Source: Nanobdellota archaeon | GTDB taxonomy: Archaea; Nanobdellota; Nanobdellia; Woesearchaeales; GW2011-AR4 | NCBI GenBank assembly: GCA_038046385.1 | Contig: JBBSWH010000009.1 | Span: 1 to 64,000 of the forward strand | Length of the DNA stretch: 64,000 nt | Direction of reading: 5' to 3' | Notes under the pieces: model-generated | The model's input: the letters and a program-made list of their open reading frames with translations, nothing else | Databases searched by the model: none | Told to the model about the DNA's origin: nothing | Shown: piece after piece, positions 47,449 through 58,253 of the stretch | Position numbering within the stretch: the first letter of the stretch is position 1 | How the letters are laid out: every line of letters starts with the position of its first letter | Made by a program: the position numbers and the translations under genes

Positions 47449-48669
47449 TTAAATAATCTTTTTTACTGTTTTATATACTTTTTCAACTTCAATGCTTTTG
47501 AGGCACAGATTGTCATTGCACGGGCTTAATCTCTGGTTGAATGCAGAAACGCAAGGGCTGCATGCATAATTTGAGTACATGACGGTGCAATTATCAGTCA
47601 AAGGCCTGTAAAGCTCCGGTGTTTCAGGCCCAAAAAACACAATTATGTGTATATTTGTCAATGACGCAAAATGAGCAGGCCCGCTGTCGTTTGTTATCAA
47701 TACGCTTCCTATATTGAACAGGTCAACAAGCTGCCTTAAAGTCGTTTTTCCGGTCAAATCAATGACCCTTTTGCTTTTTACATAGCCGGTTATGTACTCT
47801 GCATCTGATTTTTCATTTGCCACTCCGGTTATTACAGCATAGACATCTTTGTCCTCAACTAATTTTTTCACAAGCTTTGCGTAATTTTCCAGTGGCCATT
47901 TTCTTATGCTTATCAGCTTGCTGGCATTTGGGTTCACAAGAACAATTTTTTTATTTTCGCTTATTTCCGGATTTATTTCTTTAAGCATTTTCCATATATT
48001 CTGCTTTGATTTGCTGTCAGAAACTATTTTTGGCACTTCAAGTTTTTCATTTGATATGGAAAATTTTGCCATTGGAATTTCGTTTACCGGAGACTGCAAA
48101 GAGCTGACCAAAGCAATAAATGAGTGCGCAGTGTGTATGTGCGGGTTGTATATCACTTTATGAGTTACAAAATTTCCTATGTAAAGCCCCTCCTGACTGT
48201 ACCTGTAGAAGCTTACTCTTTTTCCTGCCCCGCTCAAGTAACCCAGTATTGCGCTGTACCTTGCAAACATTTCTAAATTTATTGCAGTATCAATATTTTT
48301 TTGCCTGCATATAATCATAAACTTAATAGTGTCTCTTACCAGAGTAAATACTGACTTAACTTCTATAGTTATGACATTTTCTTTCGGCACAACATCAAGC
48401 AAATCCATGCTTGCTTCTATATGCTTGAAAAGCAGAAAGTAAACATTGGAGTTTGGATAATTTTTCTTCAGCTTTTTGATTGCAGGATAAGCCAGAACAG
48501 TGCTTCCCATCTCTGCTAACTCTATCAGCAGTATGTTTTTTGGCTTCTCGCTGTATTTTGGGCTTTTTAATCCAATAAGCCTTTGTACTTTATACATAAC
48601 TGACAAAATAAAGCATATTGGCATGCCTATCCAATAATCAAATCTCCTCATAGTGTTTGGCTCAATCAC
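47449..48669 (-). CDS. GT9 ADP-heptose transferase family
   Basis: EMGS, RKWP, TNDSGPAH, FFGPETP, CSPC. Confidence 0.9.
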   Translation of the reverse strand: MIEPNTMRRFDYWIGMPICFILSVMYKVQRLIGLKSPKYSEKPKNILLIELAEMGSTVLAYPAIKKLKKNYPNSNVYFLLFKHIEASMDLLDVVPKENVITIEVKSVFTLVRDTIKFMIICRQKNIDTAINLEMFARYSAILGYLSGAGKRVSFYRYSQEGLYIGNFVTHKVIYNPHIHTAHSFIALVSSLQSPVNEIPMAKFSISNEKLEVPKIVSDSKSKQNIWKMLKEINPEISENKKIVLVNPNASKLISIRKWPLENYAKLVKKLVEDKDVYAVITGVANEKSDAEYITGYVKSKRVIDLTGKTTLRQLVDLFNIGSVLITNDSGPAHFASLTNIHIIVFFGPETPELYRPLTDNCTVMYSNYACSPCVSAFNQRLSPCNDNLCLKSIEVEKVYKTVKKII

Positions 48670-48775
48670 TTCAGCTTAAAATCCGAAATTTGTTTTTAAA
48701 GGTTTGCTTTGGAAAAGGGGTAATTTGAGCACACTCTAAAAACATTTTTAAAGCACTGTTCATAAGTTTTAGACT

Positions 48776-49780
48776 ATGAAAATAGCTATTTTGACACCGA
48801 CTTTTAGCTATCACAGCGGAATAGACAGAGTTGTGCAGCAGCAGGCAGAAGACTATGCGAGAAAAGGCAGCAAAGTGACTGTTATAGCGCTTGAGGCAGA
48901 TATAAAGCCGAAAAACTACAGTGTAGAGATTCTCGGCACACCAAAAAACCAATTATTGCAGCGCCTTCATAGGCTGCTTTTTTTCCTTGACTTCGGCAAA
49001 ATGCAATATTACAAGAAACTTGCAGATTATGATCTTGTGATAAGCCATTTCTATCCAATGAACTGGCTAGCTTACAAAGCAAAAAAACATTTTAAAGTCA
49101 AATATTTTTATTTTAATCACGGCATAAACACAGAAGAGCTTGGAAGCCCTCTGCAGAAAGTTTACATGAAATTATTTTCTTTTTTCAATAACATCACACT
49201 GAAAAACGTAGATGAAGCGTTTTCCGTGAGCAAATATGTTCAACAATCTTTGAAAAAAGAATCAGGGATGGACAGCAAAGTTGTTTACAACAAAATTGAC
49301 ACTCAAAAATTCAATCCAAAAGTAAGCGGAGACAAGATAAGAAAAAAATACAATATTCAATCTAAAAAAGTGCTGCTGTATGTCGGCAGGATTGCTCCGC
49401 ATAAGGGCATTCACCTCCTTATCGAAGCGTTCAAAGTCATTAAATCAAAGATTCCAGATGCTGTACTTCTTATTGTTGGCAAGCCGACATTTAGCAATTA
49501 TTTCAACAAACTAAAAAAAACTGCAGGAGATGGAGTTGTATTTGCAGGATTTGTTGCTGATAAGGATTTGCCAAATTACTATGCAGCATGCGATGTTTAT
49601 GCGACAGCATCATTATGGGAGGGATTTGATTTGCCGGCAGCAGAGGCACAGGCCTGCGGGAAAAGAGTTGTTGCATTCAATATAGGATCACATCCGGAGA
49701 TAGTAAAGAATGGAATTCTCGTTGAAAAAGCCAACGCGGAGAATTTTTCAAATGCCGTAATTAAACTGCTTTCACTATAG
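48776..49780 (+). CDS. GT4 glycosyltransferase
   Basis: VGRIAPHKG, EGFDLPAAEA. Confidence 0.92.
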   Translation: MKIAILTPTFSYHSGIDRVVQQQAEDYARKGSKVTVIALEADIKPKNYSVEILGTPKNQLLQRLHRLLFFLDFGKMQYYKKLADYDLVISHFYPMNWLAYKAKKHFKVKYFYFNHGINTEELGSPLQKVYMKLFSFFNNITLKNVDEAFSVSKYVQQSLKKESGMDSKVVYNKIDTQKFNPKVSGDKIRKKYNIQSKKVLLYVGRIAPHKGIHLLIEAFKVIKSKIPDAVLLIVGKPTFSNYFNKLKKTAGDGVVFAGFVADKDLPNYYAACDVYATASLWEGFDLPAAEAQACGKRVVAFNIGSHPEIVKNGILVEKANAENFSNAVIKLLSL

Positions 49781-49835
49781 AGAATTTTGAATCTAATATA
49801 TAATCCAGATAGGTTATTCAAAGTTCTCTATAATT

Positions 49836-50549
49836 TTATATTTTTTTTATATTTTCCATCCATAGGATTATTCTTAGCATTATTAAGTCAGAAAATGCCT
49901 TGAAAGTCCTCAATACTATGCTTTTTTTCCTTTTTCTTTCTTCATGCACTATTATATCTCTTTCTATTATCCTAAGATTGCGGTACTGGGCTCTGATTAT
50001 GACCTCGCTTGAAAATACCGATCTTCCCATAACTGCGAGTTTTATTATATTGGCTACCTTTTTCCTATTATAGACTATTAAACTATGGGTGTCAGTCACT
50101 TTCAGCCCGAAAAGCGTTTTAAGCGCAAAATTATATCCGTGAGATATCACTCTTCTGAATATCGGCCTTTGGTCGCAGCCCGGCCTTGACTTGGTTCCGA
50201 CTACAATATCATTTTTCTTGAGCAGGGGCATTGAGGATTTTATGAATTCTACATCATACCAGTCCACAGAGGCGTTCGCAAGATATTTTCCGGTTGCACT
50301 CAGATAACCCTGCCTGAGCGCTTTTCCAATGTTAGCTTCTGCAATGCTGCTTACTTTTATTTCCGGCCGCTTGATTTCAATCCTGCGGAGAATCTCAAGC
50401 GTTCTGTCGCTGCTCCCGTTTTCAGAGCATATTATTTCAAACGAGTTTCCAAAAACACCCTTCATTTTTTTGTCTATATCCAGTATTATCTTTTCAACGA
50501 TTTTTTCCTCGTTGTGAATTGGTATAACCAAAGAAATTTTAGGTTTCAT
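49836..50549 (-). CDS. GT2, polyprenol-phosphate glycosyltransferase-like (divergent)
   Basis: IPIHNE, ENGSSD, TDT. Confidence 0.8.
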   Translation of the reverse strand: MKPKISLVIPIHNEEKIVEKIILDIDKKMKGVFGNSFEIICSENGSSDRTLEILRRIEIKRPEIKVSSIAEANIGKALRQGYLSATGKYLANASVDWYDVEFIKSSMPLLKKNDIVVGTKSRPGCDQRPIFRRVISHGYNFALKTLFGLKVTDTHSLIVYNRKKVANIIKLAVMGRSVFSSEVIIRAQYRNLRIIERDIIVHEERKRKKSIVLRTFKAFSDLIMLRIILWMENIKKI

Positions 50550-50576
50550 TTTTTATCCGCTCATAGCATGAATTTC

Positions 50577-51590
50577 CTAAACGGCTTTTAAACTTTGCTG
50601 TTGTTTTTTTTCTGCAAGAAGAAGGAAAAGAGGCAGAATCCCTGTAATTGCGAACAGCATTAAGGACAAGGTATGGACAGCAACCGCATAGGCAACCGCG
50701 CTGCTCTGGCCTATTCCGAATGAGATAAGCGGAAGGGCTATTCCGGTCTCATAAGTCCCGAAATTCGCAATTCCCTGCAATGGAATCACAACCGCAAAGC
50801 CCAGCACAACAAGTACAATTATAGATTGTATTATGCCAAGGGAGCCCAGGTTGACGCTCCTGAAAAGCGCCAGGAGCAGCAAAGCCTGCAGTGCCCATAT
50901 CAGAATGCTAATGACTGCAACTCTGAATAGCACAATAGCCCCGAGCTTTGAGAAAGACTCTACAGATATTCTTAGCCTTTTAAGCACATAATCGGCTGCT
51001 TTTATTTTGTAGAAGGGAGTTTTCCTTATTACTGCCTTTAGCATCCCCAATGCCCATTTTCCCCTCGTAATCAGCAAAAAGAGCAGTGTTATCATCGCTA
51101 AAACAACTATTGCAAGCGGCACTTTGACAGAATTAATTAAAAGATTATTCGAAGGAAAAGCCAAAACTGCCATCAAAAAAAGAATGCCAAGAGATATGAA
51201 ATCAAAAATTCTTGACGCTGCCCAGCTGACTATTCTTTCTCCTGTTTTGAGCCCGCCTCTTTTTCTGGTCAACAGCAAGTATGAAATTTCTCCAGACTTA
51301 AGCGGCATTACATTTGAAAGGAAATTGTAGGAAGCAGTTATCTTGAACAGCTCTGCAAAAGGAATATCTTTGGTGAGAAGCATTCGGAATCGAAATGTCT
51401 TAAGGATTAAAATGCCAGTGTACATAACAAGGCACAGGGCAAAAAATGGAAAAGATAATTGGGAAAGAATATTCGCTATTGTATGAATATCTGTTTTTGA
51501 AAAAAGGTAAATAAATAATATAATGCTCCCAATCATGCTGGCCAATATTTTTATTTTATGCGTCAATTCAGTTTGCACCTTATTTTTCAT
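50577..51590 (-). CDS. Lysylphosphatidylglycerol synthase TM / flippase-like protein
   Basis: PLKSGE, RIFD, GIANFGTYE. Confidence 0.85.
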   Translation of the reverse strand: MKNKVQTELTHKIKILASMIGSIILFIYLFSKTDIHTIANILSQLSFPFFALCLVMYTGILILKTFRFRMLLTKDIPFAELFKITASYNFLSNVMPLKSGEISYLLLTRKRGGLKTGERIVSWAASRIFDFISLGILFLMAVLAFPSNNLLINSVKVPLAIVVLAMITLLFLLITRGKWALGMLKAVIRKTPFYKIKAADYVLKRLRISVESFSKLGAIVLFRVAVISILIWALQALLLLALFRSVNLGSLGIIQSIIVLVVLGFAVVIPLQGIANFGTYETGIALPLISFGIGQSSAVAYAVAVHTLSLMLFAITGILPLFLLLAEKKQQQSLKAV

Positions 51591-51736
51591 GACAAAGACA
51601 TATTAGGATAATAATCTATGTTAAGACTGGCAATTGAATGCCTGCTAAAAAATAACTTAATTATAAAAATAATAAAACTTAACTTTGTTAATGCAATACT
51701 TTTATTCTTATGATTTGATAGGAAAACCATAGACTC

Positions 51737-53398
51737 TTAGTTTCTGATTACTTTATAGATATAAACCTCATCTTTGCGTTTTGGATCTTCCTCATCGTAA
51801 AATTGGCTATAATCTTCTTGGATAGTCGCAATAAGCTTGAATTTGTCAGGGTTGTTTTTAACATATTCTACAGTTTCAAGCTTATAACGGCTTTTTTGGC
51901 CGTAAGTGTAGTAGTATCCGAATATGTAATAGCTTACATTATAATATTCAATCATGTAATCTAATTTAGCCGGATCCGGATAAGATCCTACAAGTTTATT
52001 GTCTGTCAGGTAGATTAATTTTACTTCATACCCCTGAAAGCCCATCAACACCGCTTTACTGTCGATATTTTTGTTTATATAATCTATAGTATTCTTGGAT
52101 GTCGGATAGACATCATTAAAAAAAACAAAGTGCGGATTATTTAAAATCCAGAATGGCACCAGCATTAACAGCAAAACAGCTATTACTGCAATAATCTTAT
52201 CTATCTTTTTGCTTAATCCTAATTTATTTAATAGCAAAAATAATCCAAGGGCAAGCAGATAATAAAAAGTTATATAGGAGATATACAAATATCTTGGAGA
52301 GATATAGGAAGCCTGGAACAGCGGGATAATAAATATGCTAAAGATTCCAAGCACATATAAATTGCCGTTATTATGGATTTTTCTTTTTCGGATAAAACTA
52401 AAAACTAGGTGAAAGATTCCGTAAGATACTATTAATGCAAGCGGCAGGTAAACCAAAAACATATAGGCAATATGGAACGGGTGCAAGAGATACTTCATTG
52501 AACTGAAATTAAGCCCGAGAGGTATGGGGACCGGCTGCAAATTAAAGAGGTATCCAAAATTAAATGCCAATCTTTTAACTGTCGGAACAGTCCCCTCAGG
52601 GAAATCAAAAGAAGAGCTAAAGTCCTTAAAAAATCCAGGGTAGGTTGCAGATAGCAAGCTTAGGTCATCGGTTTTTATCGGAGTTCCGCCTGGGCCGTTT
52701 GGATAGTATTCATATTGGGAATACTGATAGTATTTTACAAGAATCCATGAGCCAAAAAATAATGATGTCACTATTAATGGAAGGATTGCATAAGCTATGC
52801 TCGTCTTTTTATTTCTAAAGAACAGGTAGGACAATACAAATGCCGGAAAAAGGAAAAGGGTGTGGTCTGTGGTTATTCCCACCAAGCCGCCAAACAACGA
52901 AGAGGCGACAATTGATTTGTGATTGTTGAATTTAAGCCCCTTAACATAATAATATAGGGCCGACATTATCAGCATAATGGCAAAAGACTCCATTAATACC
53001 TGGGTAGAAGCGATTATCAACGGCACAGATAATGTATAGAATACCAATACCATAAAAGTCAGGTTAAAATTATCAGTCAGCATCATAAAAAATTTATACA
53101 AAACAAAGAACAGGATTACTGAAGAAAGAAAACTGACCAGCATAGCTGCTGTATAGTCCTGCGGAACAAAAAAATCAAATATATGTATGGCATACGGATA
53201 TAAAGGCGAATGAAGCAGGTACATCTGATCGTTGTATAATTTATGATAAGGAAACTGCTTTGCAGTTTCCAGCCATTTATAATTATCAGACCCAAACAAA
53301 AAAGTAGGGAAATCCACAAACAATCTCAGAAGAACAAATACCAGAAATAATGCAATAAGAAGGTTTCTTTTACTATAAAATGCAGATAATCTTTTCAT
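51737..53398 (-). CDS. GT-C (PMT/ArnT-like) membrane glycosyltransferase
   Basis: D after TM1, HSPLYP, PRY; polytopic. Confidence 0.75.
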   Translation of the reverse strand: MKRLSAFYSKRNLLIALFLVFVLLRLFVDFPTFLFGSDNYKWLETAKQFPYHKLYNDQMYLLHSPLYPYAIHIFDFFVPQDYTAAMLVSFLSSVILFFVLYKFFMMLTDNFNLTFMVLVFYTLSVPLIIASTQVLMESFAIMLIMSALYYYVKGLKFNNHKSIVASSLFGGLVGITTDHTLFLFPAFVLSYLFFRNKKTSIAYAILPLIVTSLFFGSWILVKYYQYSQYEYYPNGPGGTPIKTDDLSLLSATYPGFFKDFSSSFDFPEGTVPTVKRLAFNFGYLFNLQPVPIPLGLNFSSMKYLLHPFHIAYMFLVYLPLALIVSYGIFHLVFSFIRKRKIHNNGNLYVLGIFSIFIIPLFQASYISPRYLYISYITFYYLLALGLFLLLNKLGLSKKIDKIIAVIAVLLLMLVPFWILNNPHFVFFNDVYPTSKNTIDYINKNIDSKAVLMGFQGYEVKLIYLTDNKLVGSYPDPAKLDYMIEYYNVSYYIFGYYYTYGQKSRYKLETVEYVKNNPDKFKLIATIQEDYSQFYDEEDPKRKDEVYIYKVIRN

Positions 53399-53477
53399 GT
53401 AAAAATAAGGATTAACCCAATATAAAAATCTTTTCCTTTTTTCGGTTTTTCTGAAAATTTTTAGATTTTTGGTAAAT

Positions 53478-54734
53478 CTAATTTATAATTCTTGGCTCAG
53501 GCAACGGCACAATGAATTTTCCCTTAAATCCTTTTGCTTTTAGTTTTGGAATAAGCTCGTCTGCAATATGCCAAGAAAGCAAAAGCGCGTAATCCGGCTG
53601 GTCATCAAATAACCTTGATTCCTCTACAACCGGTATTAATGTCCCCGGCATGTATTTTCCAGTCTTGTGCGAGCCCTTGACTTCCAGGACACAGTCAATA
53701 ATCCCGTCATCCAGCCCAACATAATTGATAAGGGTGCTTGCCCTTGACGGGGCTCCAATTGCATAAATCTTCTGCCCTTTGCCTTTTATCCCGAGCAAAA
53801 GCGAATAAAGCTGCATTTTCGACAAAACAACCCTGTTTTTGAATTCCATCAATTTTTCTTTTTTAAGAACTACATTTTTTTCCTTATCGAGAATTTTTTT
53901 AACAGAATCCCTGGCAGGATATATCCCCTTTCTTGATGCATAAACCATTATTGAGCCGCCGTGAGTAGGAATCTCTTTTGCATGAATCACTTCAAGCCCA
54001 TGTTTTTCAAGAAGGAACTTCAGGCTGTGCAGAGAATAATACCTTAAGTGCTCATGATAAATTGTATCATACTGAAGAGTCTCTATAAGCGGCAGCAGAT
54101 AATGGGATTCTGAGATGAAAATTCCATCTTTTTCAAGAATTTCCAGCACCAGTTCGGTTATTTCATTTATGTTCTCGATATGCGCAAAAACATTTGTAGC
54201 TGTTATTGCCTTAGCCTTTCCGTGCTCATTTTTTGCTTTATCAACAACTTCTTTTCTGAAATAATCAATTATTGTCGGTATTCCTTTTTCAATTGCAATC
54301 TTCCCAATCTCTTCAGGGGTTATTCCAAGAACTCTGTGATTGCCTTTAAAATTACTCAGGAGGTTTCCGTCATTTGAGCCGATGTCTATGACTAGGTCAT
54401 TTTTTTGGAGATTTACTATTATTTTGCATTCCTGATAAAGCTCTGCAAAATTCTCTCTCAATATTTTTGTCGTGCTGCTTGTATAAGGGTAGCTTGCTGG
54501 AAACAATATCTTTGGGTCCACTATCAATCCGAGCTGGACAAGATGGCAGTTTGTGCAGTATAAGACTTCAGCAGGATAGCTTGGCTGCTCATCCGGCCTT
54601 TCGCCTATTGTTCGCATCTGGTTTACAGGCGGCATGTAGCCAAGGAACATAATAGATTCTAATTGCGTGCTTTCACACACTTGGCACTTTACCACTACAA
54701 TGCTAGATCCTGAGCCGAAAGCTTTTTTTCCCAT
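53478..54734 (-). CDS. NDP-sugar C-methyltransferase (Zn-binding, EryBIII/TcaB9-like)
   Basis: CQVC...CTNC, YPY, DIGSNDG, IYHEH, THGGS, LLSW. Confidence 0.88.
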   Translation of the reverse strand: MGKKAFGSGSSIVVVKCQVCESTQLESIMFLGYMPPVNQMRTIGERPDEQPSYPAEVLYCTNCHLVQLGLIVDPKILFPASYPYTSSTTKILRENFAELYQECKIIVNLQKNDLVIDIGSNDGNLLSNFKGNHRVLGITPEEIGKIAIEKGIPTIIDYFRKEVVDKAKNEHGKAKAITATNVFAHIENINEITELVLEILEKDGIFISESHYLLPLIETLQYDTIYHEHLRYYSLHSLKFLLEKHGLEVIHAKEIPTHGGSIMVYASRKGIYPARDSVKKILDKEKNVVLKKEKLMEFKNRVVLSKMQLYSLLLGIKGKGQKIYAIGAPSRASTLINYVGLDDGIIDCVLEVKGSHKTGKYMPGTLIPVVEESRLFDDQPDYALLLSWHIADELIPKLKAKGFKGKFIVPLPEPRIIN

Positions 54735-54745
54735 AAGATTAAGAT

Positions 54746-55285
54746 TTATTTTTTAAAATCCCATACCCCAAGATAATACCTTTTCAATAAATATGTTTTT
54801 TCCTGTGCAGGCTCTCCCAAGTATACTCTCAAGGCAGAAGGGGTTATTGCCCATAAATGCCCCTGTTCCCATATTAAAAACCTGAACAAAGTAAAGAAAG
54901 GCTCATTTGGCACAGTGATTATCAGCCTTTTTTTTGTTACTCTTTTTAATTCCTGCATCGCTTTAATCGGGTTTTCAACATGCTCTAAAACTTCAGAGCA
55001 GATTACATAATCAAAAGAATTGTCTTTGTAAGGGAGCTTATGGATATCCCCATACTCAACTCCCTCAGAAGGATCAATATCTACAGCCCTGTATTCCATT
55101 CCCTTCATCTGCACTTGGTCCTTTAAGTAAGGTGTCCTGCAGCCAATATCCAATACATTTTTTCCCTTTACGACAAACTCCATTAATTTTCTTCTTCTTA
55201 TTGTCGATATAGCATCGGATATCAGTCTAAATAACGGAGTGACTATCTTATATATCAATGGAATTTTTTGTTTACTTTTTACCAT
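54746..55285 (-). CDS. Class I SAM methyltransferase
   Basis: VLDIGC, LPY...FD, EVLEH. Confidence 0.85.
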   Translation of the reverse strand: MVKSKQKIPLIYKIVTPLFRLISDAISTIRRRKLMEFVVKGKNVLDIGCRTPYLKDQVQMKGMEYRAVDIDPSEGVEYGDIHKLPYKDNSFDYVICSEVLEHVENPIKAMQELKRVTKKRLIITVPNEPFFTLFRFLIWEQGHLWAITPSALRVYLGEPAQEKTYLLKRYYLGVWDFKK

Positions 55286-55345
55286 AAGCTACCTCATAAA
55301 TATAAATCCTTTTCAGCCCTTCTTGTATAAATCCGGCAGTTATTT

Positions 55346-56347
55346 TTAAATCTTCCCGCTATTCCAATTTATCTTTCTGGCTTTTTCAGCATTGTCATTA
55401 TACCATTTGACTGTTCTGGCCAAGCCGTTATCAAAAGATATTTTTGGCTTATATCCCATCTTTTTTAATTTTACTATGTCGGGGCATCTTCTTGGAGTGC
55501 TTCCCTTCAGAACATCTGAAGGCATAATTTCAACATCTTTTCCAAAGCATTTTCCGATTTTTTTAGCAACATCTGTAATTGAAATCTCTTCCATTGTCCC
55601 TATGTTGTATGTATTAAGATGCATTCCCTTTTTGAGCATAATCATAAGGCCGTCTGTAAAGTCATCAATGTAAACAAAAGCCCTTGTCTCTTTTCCGCTG
55701 CCCTGTATTGTAAATTTTATTTTTTTTGAAGTGTCCTTTTTACACAAATCCTTCATTCTCAATGACATTTGCGGTATTACATGCTCCCATCCCATGTCGG
55801 GCCCATAAACATTGTGCGGCCTGAAAATCAAAACCCTGTTAAAATGTTTTCTTCCATAATTTATTGCCATCATCTCGCTTATTATCTTGCCTGCGCCATA
55901 AGAATATCTTGGATTGGCAGAGTCTGGCACAACCAAAGCCGCATTCTCATCTGTAGGCACTTTTTTTGGTGTCTGGTAAACCTCAGAGCTTGAAGCAAGA
56001 ACAAGCTCCTTAACATTTTCTTTCATACAGCCGTCAATTACGTTAATAATCCCCTTTACTCCGACTTCAAGCACGAGTTCCGGCATCTTATAGAAATATT
56101 CTGTTCCGTTTATGTAAGCAAGATGTATTACGCTGTCCATTCCCCTGCATGCCTTCTGCACTTCATCTGGATTTCTTATGTCTCCTGCAACAAGCTCAAT
56201 TTTATCCTTGATGCCCGCAAGCCTTGAGGATACACCGCGTAAATCATTGTCAAATACCCTTACAAAGTTTTTTTCCTTAACGAGCCTTTTTACAAGAGCG
56301 CTTCCTATAAAGCCCGTGCCGCCAGTCACTAGATATTTTTTAGCCAT
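55346..56347 (-). CDS. NAD-dependent epimerase/dehydratase
   Basis: GGTGFIG, SSSEVY, RYSYGAGK, HNVYGP. Confidence 0.9.
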   Translation of the reverse strand: MAKKYLVTGGTGFIGSALVKRLVKEKNFVRVFDNDLRGVSSRLAGIKDKIELVAGDIRNPDEVQKACRGMDSVIHLAYINGTEYFYKMPELVLEVGVKGIINVIDGCMKENVKELVLASSSEVYQTPKKVPTDENAALVVPDSANPRYSYGAGKIISEMMAINYGRKHFNRVLIFRPHNVYGPDMGWEHVIPQMSLRMKDLCKKDTSKKIKFTIQGSGKETRAFVYIDDFTDGLMIMLKKGMHLNTYNIGTMEEISITDVAKKIGKCFGKDVEIMPSDVLKGSTPRRCPDIVKLKKMGYKPKISFDNGLARTVKWYNDNAEKARKINWNSGKI

Positions 56348-56374
56348 CTTATTTTATGTTTTAACTTCATTATT

Positions 56375-57154
56375 CTATCTTGCTGTGCTTTTTGGAATCC
56401 TGACTATTGTTTTTTTTATTCCGGTTCTTTTCATGTTTTTTATTCCCCAGAAAAACCATTTTAAATATTCCTTGAACCACGGACCTAGGGAAAATGTTGA
56501 GCTTCCTCCGTAGAGCCGGTCTATTGATACTATCGGAACTTCTCCAAGCTTCATGCCGGCAGCCTGCGCTTTTATTGCAAGCTCAAAGACAACTGCCCAG
56601 CCTACAGGGCTGGCTTCCAGCCTGATTGTGTTAAATATGGATTTTCTGAACATTTTGATTCCCGTAGTTGAGTCTGTAAGAACAGAACCCGACATCAGCC
56701 GGAAAATTCTGTTTCCTGCCCTTGACAAAAGCCCCCCGATAAAAGATCCTCCAAGGCGCCTGCCTCCGTAAGCGTATCTGGTGCAGCTTACAAGATCGCA
56801 CCCTTCGTCCATTAATTCAAGCATTTCTTCTATTGCGAGGGCAGGCCCTACTTCATCGACTGCAAAAATAAGGATATATTTTCCTTTTGCCCTGTTTACT
56901 CCGGACCTTATTGCATTTGCAACTCCTCTTCCAAGGCTGTTATAAACGAGATTTACGTTGCTAAACCTTGGCCTTAGCCTGCTGACTGTGGCAATGCAGT
57001 CATCATCTTTTGAATCATAGATAACAAGAATTTCATGGGGAACCTCTATGACAACAGAGAGTATCTTCAGCATTATCTCTACATTTATGCCTTCATTTCT
57101 TACAGGCAATAATATAGACAGCTTAGCTTTTTCCTTCACATACTGCATTAACAT
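56375..57154 (-). CDS. GT2, DPM synthase-like
   Basis: LPVRNE, TRY..GG, DSTTG. Confidence 0.85.
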   Translation of the reverse strand: MLMQYVKEKAKLSILLPVRNEGINVEIMLKILSVVIEVPHEILVIYDSKDDDCIATVSRLRPRFSNVNLVYNSLGRGVANAIRSGVNRAKGKYILIFAVDEVGPALAIEEMLELMDEGCDLVSCTRYAYGGRRLGGSFIGGLLSRAGNRIFRLMSGSVLTDSTTGIKMFRKSIFNTIRLEASPVGWAVVFELAIKAQAAGMKLGEVPIVSIDRLYGGSSTFSLGPWFKEYLKWFFWGIKNMKRTGIKKTIVRIPKSTAR

Positions 57155-57158
57155 TCAC

Positions 57159-58253
57159 CTATTTAAGAAATTTCCTAATATGGCTGCAAACTTCATTTAT
57201 ATCTTCATCTGAAAGCGTGAATGCGGACGGAAGCCACAATGCTTTTTTCGAAAGCGATGTGCTGTTTGGAAATTTGTCATCAGGAAGCCTGTATGGCTTT
57301 TGCGTGTGAATCGGGTGCCAGAATCTTCTGCATATAATTTTTTTTGACAGCAAATAAGAGTCAAGATCATCTCTTTTTTCTACAATGGCGTCAGTCCACT
57401 GTGGAACTTCCCCGTTTTTTATGTCAAAATCAAATAACTTAATGCCTTTAACCCCTTCAAGGCCTTTCCTGTAAATCTCATTTATTTTTGCCTGCCTTTT
57501 TACCCTTTTATCAAGATAATGCAGCTGCCCCAAGCCGACAGCAGCCTGCAGATCAGTGAATTTGAAGTTATATCCTATTGAGTTATGCATGTCATCCCCG
57601 CCAGTGCCCCTCACAGGCCTGCCGTGGTCCTTTATCTCGATGAGCCTTTTATGAAGCGCATCGTCATTTGTTACGATAACTCCTCCCTGTCCCATTGTTA
57701 TCGTCTTGTGGGCCGAAAAGGAAAAACATCCTGTTGCGCCGAAAGTTCCGAGATACTTATTATTGTGCTTTGACATTAGGGCCTCTGCAGCATCCTCAAC
57801 AACATGCACATTATTTTTTTTGGCTATTTCTATAATCTCTTCCATGGGTGCGGCCCTTCCTGTCACGTGCACCGGAACGACAGCTTTTGTCTTTTTGCTT
57901 ATTGCATCCCTGAAGGATTTTGCGCTTATGTTAAGATCTTCTTTATTGACATCAACCAGCACCGGCTTTGCGCCTGTCATTTCCACTGCATTTGCAGTTG
58001 CTATGAATGTGATATCAGGCACGATAACCTCGTCGCCATGGCCGACGCCCAACGCCTTCAGCGAAACATAAATTGCAGCAGTGCAGCTTGTCACAACAAC
58101 CGCGTGTTTGCAATTGACAAGCTTACATATTTCTTGCTCAAATCTTGCAGACATCGGGCCTTCGTTCGGGAAGCTGCTGTCAAGAACTTCTTTTATGTAT
58201 TTGTGCTCTTCTTTCCCTATTTCAGGAACCCACCATTTTATAGGATTTGGCAT
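57159..58253 (-). CDS. DegT/DnrJ/EryC1/StrS sugar aminotransferase
   Basis: TFIAT, EDAAEA, SFSAHK, GYN. Confidence 0.92.
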   Translation of the reverse strand: MPNPIKWWVPEIGKEEHKYIKEVLDSSFPNEGPMSARFEQEICKLVNCKHAVVVTSCTAAIYVSLKALGVGHGDEVIVPDITFIATANAVEMTGAKPVLVDVNKEDLNISAKSFRDAISKKTKAVVPVHVTGRAAPMEEIIEIAKKNNVHVVEDAAEALMSKHNNKYLGTFGATGCFSFSAHKTITMGQGGVIVTNDDALHKRLIEIKDHGRPVRGTGGDDMHNSIGYNFKFTDLQAAVGLGQLHYLDKRVKRQAKINEIYRKGLEGVKGIKLFDFDIKNGEVPQWTDAIVEKRDDLDSYLLSKKIICRRFWHPIHTQKPYRLPDDKFPNSTSLSKKALWLPSAFTLSDEDINEVCSHIRKFLK

